A stretch of 64,000 bases of DNA from Macrostomum lignano (Eukaryota), in assembly GCA_002269645.1 (NCBI GenBank), contig NIVC01002552.1:1-64000 (forward strand), read 5' to 3'. Both the position numbers and the translations under genes were made by a program. The first letter of the stretch is position 1. The number at the start of each line of letters is the position of its first letter. Shown here piece after piece: positions 10,448 to 23,034 of this stretch. Below the pieces are notes generated by a model, which saw nothing but the letters and a program-made list of their open reading frames with translations, made no database searches and was not told the origin of the DNA.

Positions 10448-11718
10448 ATGCAGAAAAGGTCGGCGCTCCTTCTAGCGGTGGCCGCGGTGGCCCTCTGCTT
10501 TGTTGGGGAGTCGCAGGCCAGGCGCACGTATCAAGCCAGGATCCCCAACGGGAACAGCGTCCCAGACCCCTTCACACCTGGAGGCACCTGGCCGGGCGTG
10601 GGCCACAGGAGCAAGGAAGGCGCCGGCATGCGGAATCCCTTTGGAATCGATTTTGGGCTCAATAATAATGTGAGTTATTGAATCTGGTCCCAGATTGACA
10701 CCTCCATGGCAGTCCCATATTGACACCTCCATGGCAGTCCCATATTGACACCTCCATGGCAGTCCCAGATTGACACCTCTGGCAGTCCCAGATTGACACC
10801 TCTAGCAGTCCCATATTGACACCTCTAGCAGTCCCATATTGACACCTCTGGCAGCCCCAGATTGACACCTCTGGCAGCCCCAGATTGACACCTCTAGCCG
10901 TCCCAGATATTTTTATGACAGGTATCATTAAGGGCAGATGTGCAACCGACAGCTCAGCCGCAGCTATTGCGCGGCGCATCTGAAGGCTGCGTACGGCTGT
11001 TCAGTCCCAGGACTGGGGGGGTCGCAACACCGACCCTTAATTACCCCAGCTAATGCTGGCACCCACTTTACAGCTGGGTAAACTGAAGCAATGCAGATTT
11101 AAGTGTCTTGCTTAAGAATACAAATTATTCCGAGTAGGTCGAGAATCGAACCCCCGACCTTTCAGTCGTGAGTCCGATGCTCCGAAAACCAGAAAGGCGT
11201 TCCTGACAGGCTTCAGAGGCTCCGCAAAAAGATAAACAGGGCTTTCAGTCTTGTCCCCTCAGCTGCGATGGCCTCGAGACAGTAGAACTTGTGCTCCGTT
11301 TTTTAATAACAAACCAACCAATGAATTGCAGAATGCCCACTCAGCTTAGCAACGAAGAAGTGATTTGCCAGATCAAGCAATATTCTCTCTAGATAAATAT
11401 CTAGAAACAAAAGCAATTTTAACTGTGTTTTATTTTCCATTAGTAGCCTCTGCTTATAGATTTGGAAATCAGCCTTAAACTCCGGTTCTCGCGCTGAATA
11501 AAAAGCCAGATTTTGTGCACTTTGCCTCACGCCAGGCCTGGACCCAGGGACTTTGCCGCGCCGATTCCGACCAAGACGGCCGGTCCAACGGCGCCGAGCT
11601 GGGCGACCCCAACTGCGTGTGGAGGGTCGGAACGGCGCCGCCTCAGGCGGCCTCGGGTCACCCGGGCGTCTGCGAGCCGGTGAACACCGCGCACTGCAGG
11701 AACATCAACAACAACTGA
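10448..11718 (+). CDS. Temptin-like secreted protein (stand-alone temptin domain)
   Basis: Exons 10448-10669 and 11536-11718. Signal peptide, then RRTYQARIPNGNSVPDP...WPGVGH...RNPFG.DF...|AWTQGLCRADSDQDGRSNGAELGDPNCVW...HPGVCEP; matches the Aplysia temptin pattern (IPNG, GVGH, NPFG, DSDGDGRSNGxELGDPxCVW, HPG). Confidence 0.88.
10688..10908. repeat. 25-bp intronic minisatellite GATTGACACCTC(C/T)(A)(T)GGCAGTCCCA
   Basis: Tandem units starting ~18 nt after the temptin donor. Confidence 0.9.
10934..11182 (-). mobile_element. tRNA-derived SINE (5'-truncated head)
   Basis: Minus strand reads GAGCATCGGACTCACGACTGAAAGGTCGGGGGTTCGATTC (Pol III B-box GGTTCGATTC). The body end CAGATGTGCAACCGACAGCTCAGCCGCAG recurs at 63972-64000. 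Confidence 0.7.
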
Positions 11719-12284
11719 TGGACAGAGCGGTTTGCTGAGGCGATCGAGTTCATGACTCCGGGATTTGGGAAAAGGATGTAGGGAAGTCCGGGAATTAGTC
11801 CAGTCCCTAAGTGGTGATGGCAGTGCTAATTGTCTAATAACTGTTATTGCAATAAAACAAACCTGTCGATTGAATAATTGCTTAATTTAAGAGTGCCGTC
11901 ACGCTTTACGAGCGTATCCTCCCACATATGCGTTACGTCCGTAACATGTCTTAATAAATATTCATGTTTTCGTTACCTGTATAGGTGCAAAATAATACTC
12001 CAACTTCAACAAAGGGTTAAAATGCAGGACTGGCGCCGGTTCCATGCAATACCAATCTGATGCAAGACAGGCGCCAAATCCACGATAGATAGTAGATAGC
12101 GAGAAAGAGCGAGCGAAGCGAGCTCTTTCGAGCTTGCTTGCCGCAGCCAATCAAGCTGAAAGCACGCACACAAGATCACCGGAAACGATTAAGGCAGCTG
12201 GAAAGCCAATGGGCGCGGTAAGCACTTTTATCCAGAGGAATAAAAGAGGAATTAGGTCTGAGATACGCCGCAGACCTAAAGACA

Positions 12285-12502
12285 GGTGCCGAATCCAAGA
12301 CAGGCGCCAAATCCAAGACAGGTGTCAAATCCACATAAGATAGGCCAAATTCAAGACAGGCGCCAAATCCAAGACAGGCGTCAAATCCAAGGCGATCGCC
12401 AGATTCAGAGCCACTCAGGCGCCAAATCCAATCCAAGATAGGCGCCGAATCCAAGACAGGCGCTGAATCCAAGACAGGCGCCGAATCGAAGACAGGCGTC
12501 AA
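12285..12502. repeat. 18-bp tandem repeat GGCGCC(A/G)AATCCAAGACA
   Basis: Degenerate tandem units; explains ORFs 12134..12343 and 12176..12502. Confidence 0.85.
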
Positions 12503-13208
12503 CTAACTTATGCAGCGTGTAAACAAATTAAGTGTTGACCTGCTGGATAATTGGATTCTCACTTTTCTCTGCTTGTGGTTGCATTAAACTGAGCAGGTGC
12601 GAACAAGAGTAATTGCATCTGAGGGCCAATAATGGCTGGACAGGTGAAGCTACAGAGCGAGAACTTCGATTTTTGGAAGACTTGTCCGTTCCCAATTGAA
12701 TAGTCTGGTCTAAGGATTAATTATTTTCACTTGATTTTCAAAACCAGTGTTTTTTTCAGCATACTGCTTTTAGTTTTTAAATAAAACAAAAAATCTTTCA
12801 AGGAAAATCGATTCATACTACTGTTTGATTTTTAGTAGGAGAAACAGCTAGCCTAGTGTTTCTCTCCTTCGCTCACTACGTTTCAGTAAATACAATGGGC
12901 AGCTATGAAGGAATGAATGGAGGGCTTTAATTAACTTATTAAACTTATGATAAAGACAGCTTCCTAGCTCCTAATTATGAACACTTTTGATCTTCCTACG
13001 AGCGTAATTAAAGTTTATTGTCACCATGCCTTTTCCGATGTACTTTAAGTCTCATTGGTCTTCCCCAATTTCGACTTGCAACTTTGCTAGCTAGAATTGA
13101 GAAATCATGCCTAACTTTGAATAGGAACAACAAATTCAATGTACATGTGAAATTTAAACTGTAGTTTACAGTGCAACTGACACCAACCAGTAAGCAACTT
13201 ATCACCAG

Positions 13209-14034
13209 TAGGGATTGCAAATCCCGGCTGTTCTACGATCCCGGGATCCCGGACGAAGCTATGACTCAATCCCGGGATCCGGGACCCAATCCCGGGATTG
13301 ACATTTTAAATATTTTTGCCGATAGAATGCCAGAAAACCCGCTTCAAATTAAGAATGCATTCTGTACTTGGTCAAACTTACTATATTGCTACTATACTAT
13401 ATACGACATATACGATATATACGATATACTACAATACTATACTACTACTATACAATATATAATATATACATGTAAGTAGTATATCGTATATATCGTATTT
13501 ATACGATACAATATACGATATATCGTACGATATATACGATATAATACTTATATACATGTACTATATATTGTATTGTATAGTAGTAGTATAGTATAGTAGT
13601 ATAGTATAGTATAGTACTACTATGAAATACTACTATATAAATAAAATATGAATACATGCATGCAAAATTATCTCGACTCCCAGTCATTTTTCAATGCTTT
13701 TACGTACAAAGACAAGTTACACAAGTAACTCAAGTAGTCAAATACACAAACACAACACAAGTTTGAGACTCGCATGTATTGTATGTATTGTATAATTTGT
13801 ATTGTATCACGATTCGAGAATCGAGAGTTACGTCACGATCACGACGCGCTCGAATGTTACTTGTGTAATGCATTTAAAATACGAACATTTTGATATTTCC
13901 TGGATATCACCCACTTTATCAAAAAAGTTTCCAATCCCGGGATCCCGAGCCTCTAATCCCGGGATTCTTTCAGGCCAAAAAGTGTCCGGGATCCCGGGAT
14001 TCGGGATCCCAGGATCCCGGGATTGCAATCCCTA
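13209..14034. mobile_element. hAT-type non-autonomous element (MITE) with 8-bp TSD
   Basis: TIRs TAGGGATTGCA...TGCAATCCCTA, subterminal CCCGGGAT repeats, perfect TSD ATCACCAG at 13201-13208 and 14035-14042; AT-rich microsatellite interior. Confidence 0.9.
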
Positions 14035-14211
14035 ATCACCAGTATGTGCCATGTGGCTATGTGCCTTCTACTACTCTGCAGTCTGCATAGAATAAGATAC
14101 ATAGGATTAGTGCAAAATATGTTTACTTTTCGATTCTATAGCTGAATACCCGAATGAGAACTCTAAATAGTAAATTATATAAGTGTACTAAGTTAATTAT
14201 AGAGAAAATTT

Positions 14212-14381
14212 CAGGGGCGGACCCAGGATTTTATCGAGGGGGGGGGCAAGCCTCACGTCTGGTCAGGCCAGAGCTGCAATTAGGGTACCATGATACCAAT
14301 ACAGCATGATACCAATACATCTGATGATTTTTTGGCAGAGCTGAGGGGGGGGGGACTATGCCCCCCCTCGGTCCGCCCCTG
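14212..14381. mobile_element. Short hAT-type MITE with 8-bp TSD
   Basis: TIRs CAGGGGCGGACC...GGTCCGCCCCTG; perfect TSD GAAAATTT at 14204-14211 and 14382-14389. Confidence 0.88.
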
Positions 14382-15669
14382 GAAAATTTAGGAGGAATTA
14401 GGGGTAGCTAAGTTAAATCAAATAAGTGCCATCTCATTGTCATTGATAACTTTCTTTATTCCACTTTCCAATGTTGGTTTATAAAAGCAAAACGACGAAG
14501 GGCTAAGGGCCAAGGCTAAGGGGTAATCTACAGACCACAAGCGCAGTTTAGACATCAAGCGCGCCCTACACACCCATGGATAGACCATAGCCTAGAATGC
14601 CTAGAGTATGAGTCCTATTGAATATCATTGAGGGAGAACGAACACATGGGGCGGAGTCCACATTGCCTTGCCTTGCCTCTGGTCTGGCTCTGCCTCTGGG
14701 GGGTAAAAGCGTACGCCTTTCCTTCATTTCTGTCTTAACCGGACTAACCTTCTCTTACCCACATAGCTTGGCTATCTAGCTATTGGGGTGGGTGGCCTGC
14801 AGTTCATGAAAAACCTCGCATCTATAGGCGCCGCCTCGTCCCTACACCCACTCGCGTATAGGCAAGACAAGCACGCCTTTTCCCTATCTGTTCACTCACT
14901 CACCCACCCACACGTAGCTTTTCTCTCTCTACCCGGCCGGCCCGTCTGCCCAACTCTATAGCTTTTCTAACCGCGCACCCCTCCCTTCTTTCCTTTCCTC
15001 AGCGTCCTCCTTTTTGGCCTACCCACGCGTGGCCAGTGTACACCCTAGCTTGCTAGACTACTGCATTTCTCTCCTCTAAACCCTTCAAACCCCTCCTATA
15101 CTATACGGGCCACATGAGTCAAACATAAAACCCCCCTTTCTTTCCTTGCCTCACTCCCTAAAGCCCTACCCCCGGCCGATGGCTTTCGTCTCTCATATCG
15201 ATTCATGCCATAGCGTGGGGTAGAATTTTCTAAATAGCTTGGAAATTTCCACTCTATAATTATCACGCTGTGCTTGCGTGCACGCTAGCTTGACTATAGA
15301 TTGCGGGTCCTAGCTGGATTTCTATTGGTGGAAAAGAAAGTCACGAGACCTTCTTAGTCTTAGGAAAGATAGCATCGCTTCGGAAATGACCTTGAGATCT
15401 ATAGCAAGCTATCTATAGTCGCTCCCTCAAGCTAAAACGCTCTATTCTTTCTTACCCCGCCCTCAGCCCACAGATCTTCACTCTATCAGCCAAAGCGTGA
15501 GCTTCTGCCCTGCCCTTACTGTCTACAGTCTACACCCTAGCAATCTAGCATTTACACAAGGCCTTGTCACTGCAGGGAAAACCTATCCCAGGTTCCCTAA
15601 TCTAGCTAGTCTATACTATATAGTTATAGACGTCCAACAAGAACAAGACAAGTCCCTCTATCAGATGAA

Positions 15670-18600
15670 ATGAGTCAACAGTCAAACAATGCAGCAGGCG
15701 CAGGCGGTATGCCAAACAACACTAACAGAGCGCCACTATCAACGGCCGGTTACAGCATTCAAGAGTCTCGTCGCAGATTGCTGGAAACAATCGGCAGGCG
15801 CCGAACCGAAATGCTAAACGCCAGCAATGCTGCCACTGCTTCGACAGCTCGCGGACCACAAATTGGCAACGTGGGCTCAGCAGGCGCGATGCCGATGCCA
15901 ATGCCAATGTCCAGAATGCAGGCTCCTCGTATGGCTCCCGCTTCATCCTCTGATATTAATAATGGTTTTTTACACCGAAGCAGCAAAGAGCAGCCTGGCT
16001 CACTAACAGCTTCCAATGCATTTCCCAAGAATGGCTTTGCCAACTCTGTTCCAACGTCTAATGGTGGATCTTTCACGCACATGAAGTTTCCAACTGTGCA
16101 GCAGCAGCGGGCAGCAGCTTCTGTTACAGCCGGTGGTTATCGCGGCTCTCTAGCATCGGTTCCAGCCGGTGCCCTGCGGTTTCAACAGCCTCAAGCGCAA
16201 GCGGCTAATACAGCCCCTGGTGTCGGCATCAGTCCGGGGTCTGGCTTAAGCGTGCGAAGACGTCCATCGCAGCCCCACGCTGCTGTGCAAGCGACTGCAG
16301 ATTCCAGCTCAGTGGGTAAGTGAACGAACTTATTTATACTAGCGTTTTGTGCTCTTGACTTAAATAATTGAGATCTAGTACTGGCAGTATAGTATGATAA
16401 GTTGATAACGATCTAGTATTCTAGTAGTAGCAGATTGGGGTGGGGCACGGAGTAGCAGATTGGGGTGGGGCACTGGGGGTAGCAGATTGGGGTGGGGCAC
16501 TGGTAGCAGATAAGGGTGGGGCACTGGGAGTAGCAGATTGGGGTGGGGCACTGGTAGCAGATTGGGGTGGGGCACTGGGAGTAGCAGATTGGGGTGGGGC
16601 ACTGGGAGTAGCAGATTGGGGTGGGGCACTGGGGGTAGCAGATTGGGGTGGGGCACTGGGGGTAGCAGATTGGGGTGGGGCACTGGGGGTAGCAGATTAG
16701 GGTGGGGCACTGGGAGTAGCAGATTGGGGTGGGGCACTGGGGGTAGCAGATTGGGGTGGGGCACTGGGGGTAGCAGATTGGGGTGGGGCACTGGGGGTAG
16801 CAGATTAGGGTGGGGCACTGGGAGTAGCAGATTGGGGTGGGGCACTGGGAGTAGCAGATTGGGGTGGGGCACTGGGAGTAGCAGATTGGGGTGGGGCACT
16901 GGGAGTAGCAGATTGGGGTGGGGCACTGGGGGTAGCAGATTGGGGTGGGGCACTGGGGGTAGCAGATTGGGGTGGGGCACTGGGGTAGCAGATTAGGGTG
17001 GGGCACTGGGAGTAGCAGATTGGGGTGGGGCACTGGGAGTAGCAGATTGGGGTGGGGCACTGGGAGTAGCAGATTGGGGTGGGGCACTGGGGGTAGCAGA
17101 TTGGGGTGGGGCACTGGGGGTAGCAGATTGGGGTGGGGCACTGGGGGACTGGGGGTAGCAGATTAGGGTGGGGCACTGGGAGTAGCAGATTGGGGTGGGG
17201 CACTGGGTGTAGCAGATTGGGGTGGGGCACTGGAGGAAAGCAGAATGAACGAAAGCAGTCTCGTACATGTGGGAGTCAGCTTCAAATCTTTAATCAAAAA
17301 GTCAAAAGAAAAGCCTGCAAACTGACCCCCTTCTTTCCCTTGCAGGCGTTTCCCCTGTCCTGCGTACCGCCGTCCAGCCTCACCCGCTGCGCGACCCTCT
17401 GCATCAGCAGCATCAAGCAGCCCATCAACTGGACGTAACCCCCCAGCCGCATCCGTTTTTCGACCATCTGGAGGTGGTGATGCCGCCGACTGCGCTGGTG
17501 CCAAGTCGGATAAACAACCGGCAGCAGACAGCTGAGCTGACGTTCTCGCTCAGTCGGCAGCAGGCGGAGACCGTGGCTCTGAACCGCTACCGTCTGCCAG
17601 GCGTTGGCCGGCAGCGCACCGACTATGGAGTCCAGGTGCTGCTGCGCTGCTTCAAGATCGGCCCGGGCGAGCTGCCCGACTGTTTCCCGCCAGGCGTGTC
17701 TTTGGCGGTCAACGCCAACCAGGTGACCAGCCTGCCACCGCCGCTGCCCACCTGCCGGCAGAATTCCGTGCCCATGCGGCCGGGGCGCCCAGTTAACATC
17801 TCAGGTGAGAGTGCGGTGTCAGGGATGGGGTTCTGGAGTGTCAGGAATGGGATTCTTTAGTGTCAGGGGTATGGTTCTGGAGTATCAGGGATGGGGTTCT
17901 GGAGTGTCAGGGATGGGGTTCTGGAGTGTCAGGGATGGGTTCTGGAGTGTCAGGGATATGGTTCTGGAGTGTCAGGGATGGGGTTCTGGAGTGTCAGGGA
18001 TGGGGTTCTGGAGTGTCAGGGATATGGTTCTGGAGTGTCAGGGATGGGGTTCTGGAGTGTCAGGGATGGGGTTCTGGAGTGTCAGGGATGGGGTTCTGGA
18101 GTGTCAGGGATATGGTTCTGGAGTGTCAGGGATGGGGTTCTGGAGTGTCAGGGATATGGTTCTGGAGTGTCAGGGATGGGGTTCTGGAGTGTCAGGGATG
18201 GGGTTCTGGAGTGTCAGGGATGGGGTTCTGGAGTGTCAGGGATGGGTTCTGGAGTGTCAGGGATATGGTTCTGGAGTGTCAGGGATGGGGTTCTGGAGTG
18301 TCAGGGATGGGGTTCTGGAGTGTCAGGGATGGGTTCTGGAGTGTCAGGGATATGGTTCTGGAGTGTCAGGGATGGGGTTCTGGAGTGTCAGGGATATGGT
18401 TCTGGAGTGTCAGAGATGGGTTCTGGAGTGTCAGGGATGGGGTTCTGGAGTGTCAGGGATATGGTTCTGGAGTGTCAGAGATGGTTTCTGGAGTGTCAGG
18501 GATGGGGCTCTGGTGTATCAGTCTTCAGTAATAGGGCTCTGTGTTCTGGGGTGTCAGTAGGGCTCTGTGTTCTGGTGTGTCAGTAGGGCTCTGTGTTCTG

Positions 18601-20092
18601 GGATGTCGTGCCATATGATTAAAATGACTGATTCATCTGCCGCTCCGCAGGCCACTGCCGCATCTCGCACGCGGTGCTGAACCGCCTGACAGTTGGCTGG
18701 GTGCAGGACCAGCAGGCGGCAACGGCCCTGGCCGGATACTGCGTGACGGTCAGCCTGGCACGGGCGCTCACCGCCCAGCAGCTCACGCAGCGCGTGCTGG
18801 AGCTCAGCCCCATCCCAGCCTCCGGCACCCGGACTAAAATTGTCGACATGCTTGGCGGCAGCGGCGGTGGTGACGAAGTGGCCCTGACAGACCTGACGGC
18901 CTCGCTGCGCTGCCCGCTGACCCGCAGCCGCATCGGCATCCCGGCGCGGGGCCGCGACTGCGCGCACCTGCAGTGCTTCGACGCCTCTGTCTTCCTCACC
19001 ATGAACGAGCGGAAGTCCAGCTGGCGCTGCCCCTGCTGCGACCGGCCGCTCCGGCTGGACGACCTGCGCGTTGACGAGCTTTTCCGCGACATTCTGGCCG
19101 CCCGGGCCGCGGCCGACCCGGTGGACACCGTCCGCTTCCTGCCCGACGGCGGCTGGGTGCCCGCCGAGGCTGAGCAGCCCGGGGCGGCGGCTGCAACTGT
19201 CGAGTCGTCAAACGGCGACGGCGGCAAAGTCGTGGTGGCCTTCGACCTGACCGAGGACGGGCCCGCTGCTCCTGCGGCTCCTGCGCCTCCCGCCGCTCCT
19301 GCGGCTCCCGCCACCCAGCCGACAGCTCCTGCAACTCCTGCGGCTCCCACCGTCCAGCCGGCGACTAAGCGGCCAGCAGCAGCAGCGGCGCCCGCCGCCA
19401 AGTCCAGCGTTGGGCCGGACGGCATTCTGGTGATCACGCTGGACAGCTCGGACGACGAGGCGGAGCCTCCTGCTGCCCGGCCACCGCCGGCCAAGCGGCC
19501 AAACCGACCAGCTTCTTCGTCCAACTCTGCGGCTGGCAGCGGCTCGGCGAGTCCGCGCAGTCAGCAGCAGCAGCCCGGAGATGCCGACAGTGGCATCCGG
19601 GTCGGCAATCCGCCGCAGCCGCTGCTCGCCGCCGCCCTGGGCAGCTCGGCGGCGTCGCGTCATCCGCCGGTGCCGCCGCCGACTGCGGCGTCGCTCATCC
19701 GCGGCAATGAGGGAATCCGCACGCCTCCCCCAAACTACGGAAATCCGCAGGGAATTCCTGTCTCGTCTCCTTATCAGCATCAGGGAAATTCCGCTAGGAA
19801 TTCCCCGGCCCAGCTGGCGCAGCAGCTTCATCAGCAGCAGCTTCATCAACAGCAACAGCTTCATCATCAGCAGCAGCTTCATCAACAACATCAGCTTCAT
19901 CAACAACAGCAGCTTCATCAACAACAGCAGCTTCATCAACAACAGCAACTTCATCAGCAGCATCTCCGCCATCAGCAGGTTCAGCCGTCGCCGAGCTCTG
20001 CCATCCCGCTGCCGCAGGCGTTTCTGCAAGACCAGCAGCGAATCTCCGCCATGCTGGCGGCCGCCTCCGCGCCCAGCCTGCAGCAGCACTAG
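15670..20092 (+). CDS. PIAS: PIAS-family SUMO E3 ligase (PINIT + SP-RING)
   Basis: Exons 15670-16315, 17346-17804, 18651-20092 in phase. PINIT domain (PFFDHLEVVMPPTAL...DCFPPGVSLAVN...RPGRPVNIS), SP-RING SLRCPLTRSRIGIPARGRDCAHLQCFDASVFLTMNERKSSWRCPCCD, SIM-like ILVITLDSSDDE, Q/H-rich tail. Confidence 0.93.
16428..17235. repeat. 28-bp G-rich minisatellite GTAGCAGATTGGGGTGGGGCACTGGG(G/A)
   Basis: About 29 units in PIAS intron 1. Confidence 0.95.
17812..18600. repeat. 21-22-bp minisatellite GGAGTGTCAGGGAT(G/A)(G/T)GGTTCT
   Basis: Fills PIAS intron 2 from just after the donor; ends in GTAGGGCTCTGTGTTCTG units. Confidence 0.95.
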
Positions 20093-20649
20093 AGAGTGCA
20101 TTTTGTACTTGATTTTTATGCGTACTGCATCCATCCATCCCCTGCTTGCCAGCTCGATTGCCTGCTTGAAATCATTTCCTTGACGAGACTGTCTGATAGT
20201 CTATATGGATGTCATTCTCTGCACTGTGCTGTTAAACACATGATGCGTTTCTTATAAACCGTCTGGCCTAGCCAAATGTTTTTATAGAAAAAACAACAAA
20301 ATTCTGAGGTCCTTTTTTATTAATTTTTTTAAATATTCCACATGCAGAACTGCTTGATTAAAAACGGTTATATAAAATTACAAAAGTATATTTCATTTCA
20401 AAACGTGTACAGTAAAATCAGTGGAAAAAATTCAATCAGGCATATCTGCTAGAATTCGGACATCTTCGGGGAAATCGACATTGCAAATTGAAACCGAAAT
20501 TCATTCAGCTTTCACAATTGATCAAGTACATATTGCTGAAGTCTTCAGCCTCGGTAAGAAACAATTATAGTATTATCCGTTATAACCCATGAGCGTCGGC
20601 ACCGTCTGAGATATTGATAGTCACTCTCGCTCATCCATAAGAATCAATC

Positions 20650-22775
20650 AGAATCACCATAAACAACCCGGAGAATTACCCATAAACCACCCCGAGAATC
20701 ACCCATAAACCACACTGAGAATCACCCATAAACCACACCGAGAATCACCCATAAACCACCCCGAGAATCACCCATAAACCACACTGAGAATCACCCATAA
20801 ACCACACTGAGAATCACCCATAAACCACACCGAGAATCACCCATAAACCACACCGAGAATCACCCATAAACCACACCGAGAATCACCCATAAACCACCCC
20901 GAGAATCACCCATAAACCACACTGAGAATCACCCATAAACCACACCGAGAATCACCCATAAACCATCCCGAGGAGAATCACCATAAACCACACTGAGAAT
21001 CACCCATAAACCACACCGAGAATCACTCATAAACCAGCCTGAGGAGAATCACCATAAACCACACTAAGAATCACCCATAAACCACACTGAGAATCACCCA
21101 TAAACCATCCCGAGGAGAATCACCATAAACCACACTGAGAATCACCCATAAACCACCCCAAGAATCACTCATAAACCAGCCTGAGGAGAATCACCATAAA
21201 CCACACTAAGAATCACCCATAAACCACACTGAGAATCACCCATAAACCACACCGAGAATCACTCATAAACCACCCCGAGAATCACCCATAAACCAGCCTG
21301 AGGAGAATCACCATAAACCACACTAAGAATCACCCATAAACCACACTGAGAATCACTCATAAACCACCCCGAGAATCACCCATAAACCACACCGAGAATC
21401 ACTCATAAACCACCCCGAGAATCACCCATAAACCATCCCGAGGAGAATCACCATAAACCACACTGAGAATCACCCATAAACCACACCGAGAATCACTCAT
21501 AAACCACCCCGAGAATCACTCATAAACCAGCCTGAGGAGAATCACCATAAACCACACTAAGAATCACCCATAAACCACACTGAGAATCACCCATAAACCA
21601 CACCGAGAATCACTCATAAACCACCCCGAGAATCACCCATAAACCAGCCTGAGGAGAATCACCATAAACCACACTAAGAATCACCCATAAACCACACTGA
21701 GAATCACTCATAAACCACCCCGAGAATCACCCATAAACCACACTGAGAATCACCCATAAACCACACTGAGAATCACCCATAAACAACCCCGAGAATCACC
21801 CATAAACCACACTGAGAATCACTCATAAACCACCCCGAGAATTACCCATAAACCACCCCGAGAATCACCCATAAATCACACTGAGAATCACCCATAAACA
21901 ACCCAGAGAATCACTCATAAACCACCCCGAGAATCACCCATAAACCACACTGAGAATCACTCATAAACCACCCCGAGAATCACCCATAAACCACCCCGAG
22001 AATCACCCATAAACCACACTGAGAATCGCCCATAAAAAACCCTGAGAATCACTCATAAACCACCCCGAGAATCACCCATAAACCACACTGAGAATCACCC
22101 ATAAACCAGCCTGAGGAGAATCACCATAAACCACACTGAGAATCACCCATAAACCACACCGAGAATTACCCATAAACCACCCCGAGAATCACCCATAAAC
22201 CACCCGAGAATCACCCATAAACCACACTGAGAATCACTCATAAACCACCCCGAGAATTACCCATAAACCACCCCGAGAATCACCCATAAATCACACTGAG
22301 AATCACCCAAAACCACCCCCAGAATTACCCATAAACCACCCCGAGAATCACCCATAAATCACACTGAGAATCACCATAAACCACACTGAGAATCACCCAT
22401 AAACCACACCGAGAATCACCCATAAACCACTGGAATCACCCATAAACAACCCCGAGAATCACCCATAAACCACACTGAGAATCACCCATAAACCACACCG
22501 AGAATTACCCATAAACCACCCCGAGAATCACCCATAAACCACACTGAGAATCACCCATAAACCACACCGAGAATCACCCATAAACCACACTGAGAATCAC
22601 TCATAAACCACCCCGAGAATTACCCATAAACCACCCCGAGAATCACCCATAAACCACACTGAGAATCACTCATAAACCACCCCGAGAATTACCCATAAAC
22701 CACCCCGAGAATCACCCATAAATCACACTGAGAATCACCCAAAACCACCCGAGAATCACCCATAAACAACCCTCA
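20650..22775. repeat. 23-24-bp minisatellite GAGAATCACCCATAAACCAC(A/C)C(T/C)
   Basis: About 90 units with interspersed 26-bp GAGGAGAATC variants, between the convergent PIAS and SLC26A11 3' ends. Confidence 0.97.
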
Positions 22776-23034
22776 GAATCACCAGTGAAAAGTACCCCGA
22801 AAGCTACCATAAGCCACTGTTTCATTCCCACACGGAGTGCAATGAATATGCGTGCAAAAGTAAGTCTAAAACTGACAAAACAAAGTAAAAAGCTACAAAG
22901 ATTTCAACACGAATCGCATTAGATTCGGCTGCAGCACCATTGGAGCTGGTGGGTTGAGGAATCAAGTTCAAAAGACGGTCGCAGCTTTAATCAGCAGTGA
23001 ATATGTGATGCTGTTGAGCCTGACGCTCCGGCTG

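Noticed and set aside
11137-11182. Functional tRNA gene
   Set aside because: Only the 3' half (anticodon-arm-like part and B-box) is present, fused to a dispersed repeat body; interpreted as a SINE head.
18619-20183. Several long overlapping ORFs including poly-Leu/Met
   Set aside because: Shadows of the GC-rich PIAS exon 3 and its CAG/CAT repeat.
20650-22775. CRISPR-like appearance of this and other regular arrays
   Set aside because: Units are head-to-tail with no unique spacers, there are no cas genes, and the context is eukaryotic and spliced.
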